NCBI GenBank assembly: GCA_963813155.1
Contig: CAWEYG010000002.1
Coordinates: 512,001-576,000 of the forward strand
Reading direction: 5' to 3'
From: an uncultured Acidobacteriota bacterium
GTDB lineage: Bacteria > Acidobacteriota > Thermoanaerobaculia > UBA5066 > DATFVB01
DNA length: 64,000 nucleotides
Below, one piece after another: positions 1 to 11,531 of the stretch. The translations under genes were made by a program, and so were the position numbers. The notes beneath the pieces are model-generated. The model made no database searches. It was not told the origin of the DNA and worked only from the letters and a program-made list of their open reading frames with translations. Position 1 is the stretch's first letter. Every line of letters starts with the position of its first letter.

Positions 1-1016
1 ACGGCGCGCGCCACCTCGACCGATCTTCTGTTTTTCTGGGGCACGAAAGGACAGCAATTCGCGCTCGCCCGGGGGATCGACGTTGCGTTCCTCGCGGAGC
101 CGGATCACTTCGTGCTCCATCCCGACTACCCCCCGCTGCTTCCCTGCCTCTATGCGTGGGGCGCGATGGCGGCGGGACGATTTCCCTGGGGCGCGGGCCT
201 TCTCTCGGCGCCGATCTTTTTCGCCCTGATGGTGGCGGCGTTCTGGGGAACCGCCCGCCGAAGGATGGACGATTCCTCCGCCGCGCTCCGTTGCGCGTTC
301 TTCGCCGCGCTGCTCGGATTCGCCGCCCTCGCTTCCGACGTCGGCGGGAACGCGGAGCCGCCGCTGCTCTTCTTCGAGGCGCTCGCGCTCGGAATCCTCG
401 TCTTCGGCGAACGGTCGCCGAGGGCCGACTTCGCGGCCTCGATCGCGCTCGCCGGGTGCGCTCTCACGAAATTCGAGGGCGCGTTTTTCGCCGTCGCGGT
501 CGCCGGAGTATTCGGCGCACTCGGCCCCGGGCGCGGCAGGCTCCCGTCCCGAATCGCCGCGGCTCTCCGCCTGGTTTCGCTGCCCGCGCTCGCGCTCGCA
601 GGCTGGATCGCGTTCTGCGCACGGCACGGGATTCTCTACAACTACAAACCCGGAACAGCCGGCCCCATGACGTTCGTGAATTTTTCGAAAGTTGCCGCCG
701 GCCTCGTTCGGAACACGTCGTACGGGGTCGGGTACCTTCCGTGGATCGCGGTCCTCGTCGCGGGCATGGCCATCGGCGTCCGGCGGGAAGGACTCGCGCC
801 CGCTCTCGTCGCCGCGGCGATCGCGCTCGTCAACGTCGGCTACTACCTCCACGGGCGGCCGACCCGAGTTTGTGGATCGGCTGGTCGGCCCGCCGGATCT
901 TTCTGACCCCGCTCCTCTGCCTCGCGTTCGCCGTGCTCGCGCGCGAGGATTCTTTCGAGCCGGCTCGAGGCCGAATTCCGTCTGGTATCCTCGAAAGATC
1001 TGAACCGGAACCTTGA
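1..1016 (+). CDS. Polytopic membrane protein, putative GT-C fold glycosyltransferase (5' truncated by window edge; apparent frameshift near 855)
   Basis: Frame 1 is open from base 1 (DLLFFWGTKG...HPDYPPLLP...TKFEG) with many TM helices. The C-terminus continues in ORF 156..1016 (ADPSLWIGWSARRIFLTPLL). Motifs are shared with 5344-6698. Confidence 0.6.
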   Translation, partial: GARHLDRSSVFLGHERTAIRARPGDRRCVPRGAGSLRAPSRLPPAASLPLCVGRDGGGTISLGRGPSLGADLFRPDGGGVLGNRPPKDGRFLRRAPLRVLRRAARIRRPRFRRRRERGAAAALLRGARARNPRLRRTVAEGRLRGLDRARRVRSHEIRGRVFRRRGRRSIRRTRPRARQAPVPNRRGSPPGFAARARARRLDRVLRTARDSLQLQTRNSRPHDVREFFESCRRPRSEHVVRGRVPSVDRGPRRGHGHRRPAGRTRARSRRRGDRARQRRLLPPRAADPSLWIGWSARRIFLTPLLCLAFAVLAREDSFEPARGRIPSGILERSEPEP

Positions 1017-2605
1017 GCCGGTCGCCCGGAATCGACGCAACGGAGGTCCAGGCTGCGGTCATCCCGAGACTGGTCGAAATTCTCGAAAGCCGGCGCGGCC
1101 GCCGCGGTCATGGCGGTCGCCGCGACGATCACTCGCCTCCCGCAGATTCTCGGTCAGCGCTTTTACCCCGACGGCGACGAATGTGTCGTCGGGCTCATGG
1201 CGGAGCACATCCTCCAGGGAAAGCGATTTCCGATCTTCTTCTACGGCCAGAAGTACGGGCTCTCGTTGCTCGAAGTCGCGACCGCGGCTCTCTGCTTCAA
1301 ACTTTTCGGAATCTCGGCGATCGTTTTGAAGCTGGCGATGCTCCTGCTCTGGACGGCCGGTTGCAGCCTGCTCGCCGGCGCGGCGAATCGCATTCGCGGT
1401 CCGCGGGCGGCGGGGCTTGCGGGACTCCCTGCTGGTCTTTGCGCCGGCCTGGGCTCAGTTTTCGATGAAGGCATGGGGAGGTTACGTTTCGGCGTTCGTC
1501 TTTTCGAGTCTCGCGCTCTTCCTCGCGGCCGGCCTTCAGGAATCCAGCGACCGGGATTGGCCCTCGTTCTCACTGCTCGGCGCATCGGCGGCCATCGTCG
1601 CTTTTGCTCAACCGATCTGGCTTGCGGGCCTCATTCCCTTCCTCCTTGTCACTCTGAGACGAAGGACTCCGCGGCAAATCGCCTCGTTCGCGGCTGGCGG
1701 AATCGGGGTCTTCTTGATCGTTTGCGCAGCGGCCGCCCGGGAGCAACCGGCCGATTGGTCGCCTCCCGTCTTCCAGCGCCCAAAGCCTCTTCTCGCTCTC
1801 GCGCTTCTGCCGCACCGGCTCTGGGTGAACCTGTCGGGCGCGTACTACCTTCGGGAGCCTCTTCCCAGCGCCGCTTCGCTCAAGGCAATGGCGCTCGTCT
1901 GGGCGGCGGCCGTCGCTTTCGTGGTGGCGGTGTTCTGCATCCACGCTCTCGCAGGCGAGATCTTCACCATTCGTCAGGCGGCGGCCGCCGCGGTATGCGC
2001 GACGCTCGCCCTTTCACTCTTTATGAACAATGACATTTTCGGATTCCGATACCTCCTTCCTTTGACCGGATTTCTGGCCCTTTCGATGTCGATCGAGCTC
2101 GCGAGTTTTCCAGGCGGCTCCTTCGGGAGAGCGGCCGCGGCGCTCGGGATTGCCGTTCTGTTGGGTTCGGGCGCCATTGCGCTCTGGCGTTTCCAATACA
2201 TCACGAGTTCCGGGCCTGAAATCACGCCGGGCGTTTCGGAGGGCCGGGCGACGAAGGACCTGGTCGCGTACCTCGTCGCCAACGGCATTCACAACGTGTT
2301 CAGCATGCTACTCGCGCTGCAATGGACGCTGATGTTCGAAGGCAAAGGAGAAATTCAGGGCGCGATGGGGCGTCGTCGGTGATCGGTATCCGCCGGCCGG
2401 TCTCGCCGTCGACCGGGCTGTTCGCGATGGTAAGCCCGTTGCGATCGTCGGAACGAAAATCGCCGACCCGCCGATCGGGGAGCTCGTAAAGTGGGAGGGG
2501 TACCCCGAGGTGCGGATTGATTGGATCGACGGCTGGTACTGGGTGATCCCGAACGCTCCTCGCGGTCTGGTCGAGAAATTCTTCGTCCTTTCGCCCGCCG
2601 CATGA
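1013..2605 (+). CDS. ArnT/PMT-like GT-C membrane glycosyltransferase (frameshifts near the 5' end, 1420 and 2360)
   Basis: DGDECVVGLMAEHIL...PIFFYGQKYG N-terminal loop, then multiple TM segments across ORFs 1110..2033 and 1417..2382. The last piece ends at TGA 2603-2605, overlapping the next ATG. Confidence 0.6.
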
Positions 2606-4958
2606 CGAGCGCGCTTCTTCTCGTCCTTTTCGCCGCGTCGATCGCGGCCATCCGGCGGCGGCGGCGTGGGTCCGACGGCCCCTGTCGAAGTCGGCTCTCG
2701 CCGCGTCGTTCGGCCTTCCCCTGCTGTTTCTCCTGCCGGGCTTCTTCACCGCGACGACGCCGCTGCCCGCCGATCACACGCTCTCTCTCTGGCCGTGGCA
2801 CGTACTGGCCGAAGCGCCGACGTACAACGCGAACCTCAACGACCTCTCGACCGAAATGGCGCCGTGGGCGAAGGCGGTCCGGATGGCGTACAAGGAGGGA
2901 TCCCTGCCGCTGCGCGACCGGTGGAACGGATGCGGCACTCCGCTCGCCGCCAACGTCCAATCGGCCGCGTTTTCCCCGTTCACGTTTCTCGGGCTCGTCC
3001 TTCCGCTCGCCCGGGCGGCGACTCTCACGGGCGCGCTGAAGCTCGCGCTCTCGCTGGCCGGAATGTGGCTCTGGCTCCGGGAGCTCCGGCTGTCCAACGG
3101 CGCGGCGCTGTTCGGCGCCGTGTCCTTCTCTTTCTCGATGATCATGATCCCGTGGCTCTTCTTTCCCCACACGGCGGTCATCTGCTTCTGGCCGTGGGCT
3201 CTGTTCGCGGTCGAGCTCCTGCGCGACCGCAACGCCTCGGCGCGAGCGCTCCTGCTGCTCTTCCTCGTCTTCGCCGTCTGGCCTCTGTGCGGGCACATCG
3301 AGAGCGTCGCGCTCGGCTCGGCGTTCATCGGGCTGTGGCTCGCGAGCCGCGCGGCGCTCCGAAGCCTGCCCGACATTCCGAGGCTCGCCGCCCGGATCCT
3401 CGCGGCGGGGCTGCTGGCGCTCGGGCTCGATGCTTTCGCGCTGGTTCCGCAGGCGCTCGCGATCCGCGCCTCGAATCGGTTCGCTCTCGCCTCCCACCCG
3501 TTCTGGTCCGGAAAGTTCTCCTTCCTGCCGCGGGCAGATTTCTGGCAGGAGGGCTGCTGACTCCCGCTCTTCCCGAGGCTTTTCGGAGACGAAATCACCT
3601 CGCCGATGATCGCGGGCGGCGCGGGCTCGTTCCCGGAGATGGCGCTCGGGGCGTTCGGACTCGTCGGATGGGTCGTCGCGCTCTCGATTTTCCGTCCTGG
3701 AAGCCGACGGGATCGCGCTCAATGGGCACTTCTCGTTCCGATGACCATCGGACTCGGCGCCGCGATCGGCCTGTGGCCCTTCGCCGAGATCTCGGGCGCG
3801 ATCCCGCTTCTTCGCCTCATGTTTCCGCTGCGCTTCTTTTCGCTCCTGTCGATCGGCGGCGCGGCCCTCGCCGCCTTCGAAGCGGACCGTCTCGCGCGGG
3901 ATCTCCGGTAGGGCGGAAGGTCGTGGCTCTTTCCAGCTCCGCTCGCGATCGGTCTGGCCGGCCTCGCGAGCGCAGCCTTCCCGAGCGTCGCAAACCTGCA
4001 CGGCGCGACCGGAGGATGGCCTTCCGAGCGGCACGCGTGGATCTTCTCGGTTGCCGTGCTTCTGTCGCCGCCGCGGCGTTCGCGCTTTTCGGTCTCCGCC
4101 GGGCGCGAGCGGAGCTTCTTCCCGCCGCCCTCGCCGTCCTCGCCGCGGCAGCGCTGTTCGGAGAGGGGTTGCGAATCTACCGGTTTCAACCGATCGCAGA
4201 TGCTCTTCCCGGAAACGCCGCTCGTTCGCTTTCTGAAGAGCCGGCCGGGGCCTTTTCGCGTCGCCGGCGAGGGAGCGACGATGTTCCGAACTCGAACGTG
4301 TTCGCGGGCGTCGAGGACGTTCGGACGCACGATCCCGTGGAACGCCGCGAGTACGTCGACTTCCTCGACGCGGCCTGCGGCTACGACCCGGCCGGGTATT
4401 TCAAGACGCTCCGGGACGTGAATGCGCCGGCGCTCGACTTCCTGAATGTGCGCTACCTCGTCAGCTCGCCCGGCCGGAGCTCGCCGGGCCCGAAGTGGAA
4501 GAGCGCTTATTCGGGCGCCGACGGAACGGTCTTCGAAAACTCCCAGGCGTTTCCCCGCGTTTTCCCGGCCGATCCTTCGGCGACGCTCGCGATCTCCCGT
4601 TATCGGGAGAGCACGAACCGCGTCGCGTTCCATAGCCGCGCGCCCGGGAACCGTTTCGTGCTCGCGGAAGCGAGCCTCGTGCAGGACGGGGGGTGGTCCG
4701 CGCGGGACGAGGCGGGAAGGAAACTCTCGGTGACGAGGGTTCGCGGGCCTTCGCCGGGTGCTCGCGGCTTCGGCCTCGCCGGCGGGCCGTTTCTCGGAGT
4801 CGCGATTCCGCCAGGCGACCACGATCTCTTTCTCGACTACTCGCCGCCGGGTTTTCGGGCGGGTGCGGATTTCCCTCTCGGCCCTCCTGTTCGCGGCGGG
4901 CGCGGCCGCGTTCACCCGACGAGGAAGAGCTTCGCTCCCGCGCGGAAGAAAACCGTGA
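2602..4958 (+). CDS. YfhO-family membrane protein (GT-C-like), multiply frameshifted
   Basis: Pieces: LPLRDRWNGCGTPLAANVQSAAFSP, CGHIES, EDVRTHDPV, ALDFLNVRYLV, ENSQAFPRVF, DGGWSA, IPPGDH...YSPPGF, all typical of YfhO. ATGA and GTGA overlaps at the two ends. Confidence 0.7.
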
Positions 4959-5347
4959 GCGCGGCTTTTCGGAGATTTCTTCTCGCGGCCGCGATCGCGG
5001 GAATCGCGCTCGTCGTCGGCTTCCGGACGGCGGAACAGCTCAAGAGCCCGGGGGCCCTGACCGCCCGCAGCGAAAGGCTCTGGTACGGGTGGGCATACCG
5101 GGACCCGGCGTTGCTCGCCCGGCTCGAGAGCTCGGAGAACCGCTTTCGGCCCGGCGAGGGATTCTGCCTCGAGTTCGATTCCCGGCGCATCGACCCGACG
5201 TGGCTGCAGGCGATGACGAACTACGCGTACTGGCGGGAGCTTCCCGCCGGAGCGTGCCCGAGCGCTCCGGTAGGAACCGCAGGCCCCGTCCGGATCGCCG
5301 TATCCGAATCGGGAGACGTGGCCGTCGTCCGCGGGGCTCCGCGGTGA
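4955..5347 (+). CDS. Hypothetical membrane-anchored protein (130 aa)
   Basis: GTG 4955 overlaps the upstream TGA. N-terminal TM helix (FLLAAAIAGIALVVGF). The stop overlaps the next GTG. Confidence 0.55.
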   Translation: MSAAFRRFLLAAAIAGIALVVGFRTAEQLKSPGALTARSERLWYGWAYRDPALLARLESSENRFRPGEGFCLEFDSRRIDPTWLQAMTNYAYWRELPAGACPSAPVGTAGPVRIAVSESGDVAVVRGAPR

Positions 5348-6698
5348 TCAGCTGGCTCTTTCGAAGCGCGGCCGGAGCGGCTCTCGTCTGTCTTCCGGGC
5401 TATCCCGCCCTTCGAATGGCCCCATGGGCGGCCTCGGCGAGCCGGGCGGGAAGGGGGCGCTCGCGTTCGCTCTGGGCCTGGCTCTGCGTTCCGGCCTGTT
5501 TCGCGGCTGCGCTGCTCGGAGCCCCGCTTCGCGGCCGGGTGATCGCCGCGATCTGTATTCTGCTCTCATTCGCGCTTCGCTTGGGGGCCGCTCGATCCAC
5601 CGGCCGTGCCGCCCGCGCTGCGCTTCCCCTTTCCCGGACCGCGCTCGTGACCCGCGTTCTCCTCGCGGCATCGGCCGTCCTTTTTCTCGCGAAAGTGGCG
5701 CTCGTTCCCGTCTGGAGCTGGGACTTCTACGCCGTGCACGGAACGAAAGCGAGACGAATCCTCGCCGGCCACAGCCTCGATCTCGGGGGGTTGAAGCCCG
5801 CCGCGCTCGGAATGTCGCATCCGGACTATCCCGTCGGCGGGCCTCTCGCGTGGCGAGTGATCGCTCTCGGGGCGGTGCCCGACGAACGCTCGGCCAGGAT
5901 CGCTCACGCCCTGTTCGCCCTCACTCTTCTCGCGCTCGTCCGCGCGGGAATCCTCGCGGGGGGACGTTCGGAAACGCTCGCGAACACGGGAGCGGCGTTC
6001 GTCGCGATTTCTCCTCTCTGCTGGGACACCGAATCGCTCGGGCTGATGGAGGTTCCTTTCGCGCTCTTCCTCGCCGCGAGTTTTCTCCTTCTTCTCGTGG
6101 CCGGCACGGCGACTCGTCGCGCGGAGGATGGATCTGGGGCGCGATCACCGGGTTCCTTCCGTGGATCAAGCTCCGCGAAGGCCTGTCTCTCGTGCTGCTT
6201 CTCGCAGCCGCCGAGCTGCTGTCCCGAAAACGGAGAACGGATCCGTCTCTCGCCGGCTTGCCCCGGTGGGATTCGCGCTCGTCTGGACCGCGGCGACCGT
6301 TTTCGTCTCGAGCTTTCTTCTTCCGCCGGGTGAGAGATTTCTCGCCGGCGACTGGCTTTCACGCGGTCTGGCTCGCGCCGCGCACCCCGCCGCGATCGTT
6401 GCTCTCCTCGCAAAGGAGCTGCTCGCGCCGGAATGGTTCGGATTCTGGATCGTTTTCTACGGCGGGTTGGGTCTTTTCCATCGTCCGCCAGCGGCGGACG
6501 GCCGCGATTCTGACCTCCGTGATCGCCGCGCAGCTCGCCGTGTACGCATCCGTCTATTTCTTCACGTATCTCGACCCCGCCGACCACATCCGCTCGTCGT
6601 TTTTTCGGATTTCCGCGGCGCTCCTGCCGGCGGCGCTGATCGCGCTCGCGGCGGCGGAAGCGGCCCCGCCTCAGAACACCTTGAGGATGTCGTTGTAG
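5344..6698 (+). CDS. Putative GT-C fold membrane glycosyltransferase, paralog of 1-1016 (frameshifted)
   Basis: WSWDFYAVHGTKA...MSHPDYP...IKLREG...HIRSSFFRI motifs and many TM helices, spread over several frames. Confidence 0.55.
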
Positions 6699-7984
6699 AT
6701 CACGACCCCCATCAGGAGCACGAGCAGGACGAACCCGAACTGGAGGATCCGCTCCTTGACGCGCAGCGAGAAGTCGCGCCGGATCGCGCCCTCCACGAGC
6801 AGGACGGCGAGCTGCCCGCCGTCGAGCATCGGCACGGGAAGAAGGTTCAGGATGCCGAGCTGGAGGGAGAGCATCCCCATCAGCGAGACGAGCGGAATGA
6901 ATCCCTCGCGCGCCGCTTCTCCGGCGAACTGGCCGATCGCGATGGGCCCGGACATCTGCTTGACCGACGCGCGCCCCGCAAAGAGCTTCACGATGACGCC
7001 GAGCGTCGCCTGCGTGTCGGTGCGGAGAGCTCCGCCACCCCTGGCGAACGGCTTCGACGGGCGGAAACTTCTCGAGCACTTCCGGAACATCGACGTCGAG
7101 CGAGACGCCGATCTTCCATCCGTCGGTCTCCTTGCGCGGCGAAACCGTCAGCGGGAGCGTCTGACCCTTGCGGGTGACGACGAACGTCTCCGGCCGGCGA
7201 ATGGCGGCCAACGGCTTCGAGAACCTCGGGGACGCTCTCGACCGTCTCTCCGGAGACGGAAAGAATCACGTCGCCGCTCTGGAATGCCCGCCGCCTCGGC
7301 CGGGCTGCGCGAAAGGACGCGGCCGACCCGCGGGCGCAGCGCGGGGCCGATCCCCGTGTACCCGATGTCGAACTTCGAGACGCCGCGGGGGACGAGCGGG
7401 ATCGTGAGCGAGCTTCCCGCCCGGTCGATGGCGACCGAGAGCTTCTGCCGGGGGCTGATCGCGAATGCGAACTCGGCGTCCTGCCAGTTTTCCACCGGCT
7501 TGCCGTCGATCGCGACGATGCGGTCGCCTTTTCGAAAACCCGCCGCCTGGCCCGCGGAGTTCGGCGCGATCGACTGGACGACGGCCGGCTGCAGCCGATA
7601 CGCCGGGACCTTTCGTCCGACCATGAAGACGCCGGCCCCGAGCGCGATCGCGAGGACGAAGTTCATCGCGGGCCCGGCGAGCAGAATCGCGGCGCGCTTC
7701 CAGCGCGGCCCCGCGACCGCCGCGGACGCCTCGGCCGCTCCGACGGCCGTCGACTCGTCCGGGCCGAGCCCGAGGACGCGCACGTAGCCCCCGAGAGGGA
7801 GCGCCGAGACGCGGTAGTCGGTTCCCCGCCACTTCACGCCGAACAGCCTCTTGCCGAAGCCGAACGAGAACACCTCGACCGGAAACTTCGCGAGTTTCGC
7901 GGTCGCGAAATGGCCGAACTCGTGGATGAAGACGACGATCGAAAGCACGACCGCCATGGCCAGCACGTCCTCGAGAAAACTCAC
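6671..7984 (-). CDS. rseP: RIP metalloprotease RseP (frameshifted at about 7030-7290)
   Basis: HEFGHF zinc motif, LGGYV, AGPAMN, PDZ domain, NLLPVPMLDGG; lies downstream of dxr. Confidence 0.92.
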
Positions 7985-9149
7985 GCGCGAACTCCTGAAA
8001 GCCGGGTCGCGAGCTCCCGGGCCGTCTCGCGAGCCTGGCGGTCGATTTCTTCCGCCTCCGCGACGCTGTCAGGCGCTCCGCGGCGTCCGAAAGCGGTCCG
8101 GGTGTCGGCGACAATCCGAACAATCGACGGGAAGCGAATCTTCCCGGAAGAAACGCCTCGACGGCGATCTCGTTGGCGGCGTTCAGAACGGCCGGGGCCG
8201 CGCCCCCTTCGGCCAGCGCGTCGCGCGCGAGGCCGATCGCCGGATAGCGCTCCGGCTCGACCTCGGAGAACTCGAAGCGGGCGCCGGCGAGCGAGAGCTC
8301 GCCGAAGGGATTGGAGAGCCGCTCCGGATACGCGAGCGCGTAGAGAATGGGAAAACGCATGTCGTTGCGCGCCATCTGCGCGACGACGGAGCCGTCGCAA
8401 TACTCCACCATCGAATGGACGAGCGACTGCGGGTGGAGGAGAACCTCGATCGCGGAGGGATCGACGCCGAAGAGAAAATGCGCTTCGAGGATCTCCAGGC
8501 CCTTGTTCATCATCGTCGCGGAATCGATCGTGATCTTCGGGCCCATCTTCCACGTCGGGTGGCGCAGCGCGTCTTCGATCGCGATCTCGTCGAAAGTGTC
8601 CAGCGGCCGCGTTCGGAACGGGCCTCCGGAACCGGTGAGGATCAGCCGGCGCACTTCCGAGGACCGGCCGGCCCGAAGGGCCTGGTGGATCGCGCTGTGC
8701 TCCGAGTCGATCGGGACGATCTCCGCGCCGCTCTCGCGGGCGGTGCGCGCCATCAGCTCTCCCGCGACGACCATCGTCTCCTTGTTCGCCAGCGCGAGCC
8801 GTTTTCCCGCGCGAAGGGCCGCATGCGCGGAGGCGAGCCCGACCGCCCCGACGAGCCCGGCGACCACGGTGTCGGCCTCCGGAAGCGTCGCGCACGCGAC
8901 GAGGCCCTCCCGCCCGAACACGATCTCGCCGCGGTACGACGGGGCCTGCTTTCGCAGCAGGGGAACGTCTTCTTCGAGCTCGACCGACGCGAGCAGCGGC
9001 TGAAATTTCTCGATTTGCTCGGAAAACAAGCCGATCCGGCGCCCGGCCGCCATCGCGGCGATTCGGAATTGTCCGGGCAGCGCCGAGACGACGTCGAGGG
9101 TCGAAACGCCGATCGATCCGGTCGAGCCGAGCAGGGAAAGCGTTCTCAC
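7981..9149 (-). CDS. dxr: 1-deoxy-D-xylulose-5-phosphate reductoisomerase (frameshift near 8150)
   Basis: LLGSTGSIG, LANKE, PIDSEHSAI, HPTWKMGPKITIDSATMMNKGLE, NAANE. Confidence 0.96.
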
Positions 9150-9982
9150 GTCGCCATCTTCAGGAGAACGGCGCCGCAGAGAACGGGAACCGCGAAAAGC
9201 AGCGAGTCGACCCGGTCGTAGAAGCCGCCGTGTCCGGGCAGAAAAACGCCCGAATCCTTGACGCCCGCCGCGCGCTTGAACATCGACTCCACGAGGTCCC
9301 CCAGCTGGCCCGCCGACGAGGCGAGGCCGCCGACGATGGCCGCTTCGATCGGCCGGAACTCCCGGAGGAAGAGCGACGCGGCGATCGCCGCGACGAGCAG
9401 CGAGCCGGCGAAGCCCCCGATCGCGCCTTCGACGGTTTTTTTCGGCGACACCTCGGGAGCGAGCTTGTGCCGGCCGAGACTCTTTCCGACGTAGTAGGCG
9501 AAGGAGTCGCACGCCCAGATCGTCGCGAACAGGAAGAAGACGAGCCGCGCGCCGAACTTCGCCGTGGCGCCGGGAAGGTACGCGCGGTCGAGCCACATCA
9601 GGCCGCAAAAGGGCAAGACGACGAGGGCGATGCCGAGCAGCGCGGCGCCCGCTCCCGCGAGGGAGAGGGCAAGCGGAACGTCCGAAACGAGCTCCGCCGC
9701 GGCGAACAGCGCCGCGAGGAGGAAAATGCCGCCGGCCACGACGACTCCGGATGGCGAAGCCGCGGGAGCCGCGGCCGCGGCGAGAATTCCGGCCGCGAAC
9801 AGGAGCGCGAGCGTCTTGGGAACCGGCAGGCCCGCCCCCTCGGCGAGACGATAGAACTCCAGGAGGGTCGCGAGACCGAGCACTCCGGCCAGCGACCCGA
9901 ACGCCCACGGGGGCGCGAACCACAGCACCGCCGCCACGATCGGGATCGCGACACCGGCGGAAATCTCGCGCTGGAGCTTCAT
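9146..9982 (-). CDS. cdsA: Phosphatidate cytidylyltransferase
   Basis: DSFAYYVGK, SPKKTVEG, GDLVESMFKR, KDSG...PGHGGFYDRVDS. Confidence 0.95.
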   Translation of the reverse strand: MKLQREISAGVAIPIVAAVLWFAPPWAFGSLAGVLGLATLLEFYRLAEGAGLPVPKTLALLFAAGILAAAAAPAASPSGVVVAGGIFLLAALFAAAELVSDVPLALSLAGAGAALLGIALVVLPFCGLMWLDRAYLPGATAKFGARLVFFLFATIWACDSFAYYVGKSLGRHKLAPEVSPKKTVEGAIGGFAGSLLVAAIAASLFLREFRPIEAAIVGGLASSAGQLGDLVESMFKRAAGVKDSGVFLPGHGGFYDRVDSLLFAVPVLCGAVLLKMAT

Positions 9983-10776
9983 CCGCCGGCGGCCGCGCCG
10001 TGGCTCTCGAGCACGCCTCCGTATCGGCGCTCCCGCTTCTGGAACTCCAGGATCGCTTCGTAAAGGTCTTTCTTCCGAAAATCGGGCCAAAGGGTCGGCG
10101 TCACCCAGATCTCCGAATAGGCGATCTGCCACAGGAGGAAATTCGAGACCCGCATCTCGCCGGACGTGCGGATCAGGAGATCGGGGTCCGGAATTCCGGC
10201 GGTGCCGAGCCGCGAGCCGAGCATTTCCTCGTCGATCTGCTCGGGAGTGAGGCGGCCGGAAGCAACGTCCTGCGCGAGCGAGCGGCACGCGTCGACGATC
10301 TCGGTGCGGCCGCCGTAGTTCAGGGCGATGTTGAACGTCATTCCGCGACACGTCGACGTCGCGGCAAGCCCGCGCACGAGCTCCTTCTGAACCGACGGAT
10401 CGAGCTCGTTCATACGGCCCATGACGCGAAACCGGATGTCGTTGTCGATGAGGTTCTGCAGCTCCTTGCGCAGGTACTCCTTCAGCAGCGTCATGAGCGT
10501 CACGACTTCGAATCGGGGACGCTTCCAGTTTTCGACCGAGAACGCGTACAGGGTCAGCGCGTCGATTTCCAGCCGCGCGCACGTCTCCACGATCTCCCGA
10601 ACGGAGGCGATCCCGGCCCGGTGTCCCTCGACGCGGGGCTTCCCCTGGCGCTTGGCCCACCGGCCGTTGCCGTCCATGATGACCGCGACGTGGCGCGGAA
10701 GCCGCTTCGAGTCGATCGAAGCGAGCAGCTCTTCTTCGACGGATCCCGGAGAGGCCAGCAGCTGGCGATCTTTCAT
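9979..10776 (-). CDS. uppS: Undecaprenyl diphosphate synthase (isoprenyl transferase)
   Basis: HVAVIMDGNGRWA, YAFSVENWKRP, NYGGR, IRTSGEMRVSNFLLWQ. Confidence 0.96.
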   Translation of the reverse strand: MKDRQLLASPGSVEEELLASIDSKRLPRHVAVIMDGNGRWAKRQGKPRVEGHRAGIASVREIVETCARLEIDALTLYAFSVENWKRPRFEVVTLMTLLKEYLRKELQNLIDNDIRFRVMGRMNELDPSVQKELVRGLAATSTCRGMTFNIALNYGGRTEIVDACRSLAQDVASGRLTPEQIDEEMLGSRLGTAGIPDPDLLIRTSGEMRVSNFLLWQIAYSEIWVTPTLWPDFRKKDLYEAILEFQKRERRYGGVLESHGAAAGG

Positions 10777-11531
10777 TCGGCGCCTATGTTATCGAAAAAG
10801 GGATAGAAGACCCTTTCCAGGGTCAGCCCCCGGGGTTTCGCCTTCGGGGCGACGAGCGCCCGGGAGCGCCGGGCGAAGATCTCCTCCACGAACCCGGGGT
10901 CGAGCCGGCCCCGGCCCACATCGGCGAGGGTGCCGGCGATCGCCCGGGCCATTCCGCGCAGGAATCCGTCCGCTTCGATTTCGATCGTCAGCCGGGGCCC
11001 GTCTTCCCGCACGCGGCAGGCCGAGACCGTTCGAACCGTCGTTTCCGTCTCCGTGCCGGAGGTCGAGAACGGAAAGAAGTCGCGCGTCCCGACGACCGAC
11101 GCCGCCGCCCGGGCCATCCGCGACGCGTCGGCGCGGGGAGAAATCGGGGCCACGAAGAGCGCATCTCTCGGCGCGACGACGGCTTCCCTCGAAAAGCGGT
11201 AGACGTAGCGCTTTCCGGCGGCGCACGACCGGGCGTGAAATGCCGGCGGCGCTTCTTCCATCGAGAGGATTCGAACGTCCCAGGGCAGCTTGCGATTCGC
11301 CGCGCTTCGCACGGCCGGCGCGGGCATCGCGGCCGCGTCGAAGTGCACGACCTGTCCGTCCGCGTGGACGCCCGCGTCCGTGCGGCCCGACGCGTGAACG
11401 CGAAGGGGCTCTTCGAAAAATTCCGACAGGACCGATTCGATCGTCCCCTGAACCGTCCGCGGCGCGTTCTCCTGGATCTGCCATCCGTGAAAGAACGTTC
11501 CCACGTACGCGACCGTCGCGCGGTATCTCAC
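10773..11531 (-). CDS. truA: tRNA pseudouridine(38-40) synthase
   Basis: AYVGTFFHGWQIQ, SGRTDAGVHADGQ, FHAR, GFLRGMAR; GTG start overlaps the upstream stop. Confidence 0.95.
   Translation of the reverse strand: MRYRATVAYVGTFFHGWQIQENAPRTVQGTIESVLSEFFEEPLRVHASGRTDAGVHADGQVVHFDAAAMPAPAVRSAANRKLPWDVRILSMEEAPPAFHARSCAAGKRYVYRFSREAVVAPRDALFVAPISPRADASRMARAAASVVGTRDFFPFSTSGTETETTVRTVSACRVREDGPRLTIEIEADGFLRGMARAIAGTLADVGRGRLDPGFVEEIFARRSRALVAPKAKPRGLTLERVFYPFFDNIGAE

Noticed and set aside
6671-9149. rseP and dxr as pseudogenes or programmed frameshifts
   Set aside because: All catalytic motifs are intact, I saw no slippery-site signature, and indels are scattered across unrelated genes, so sequencing error is more likely.
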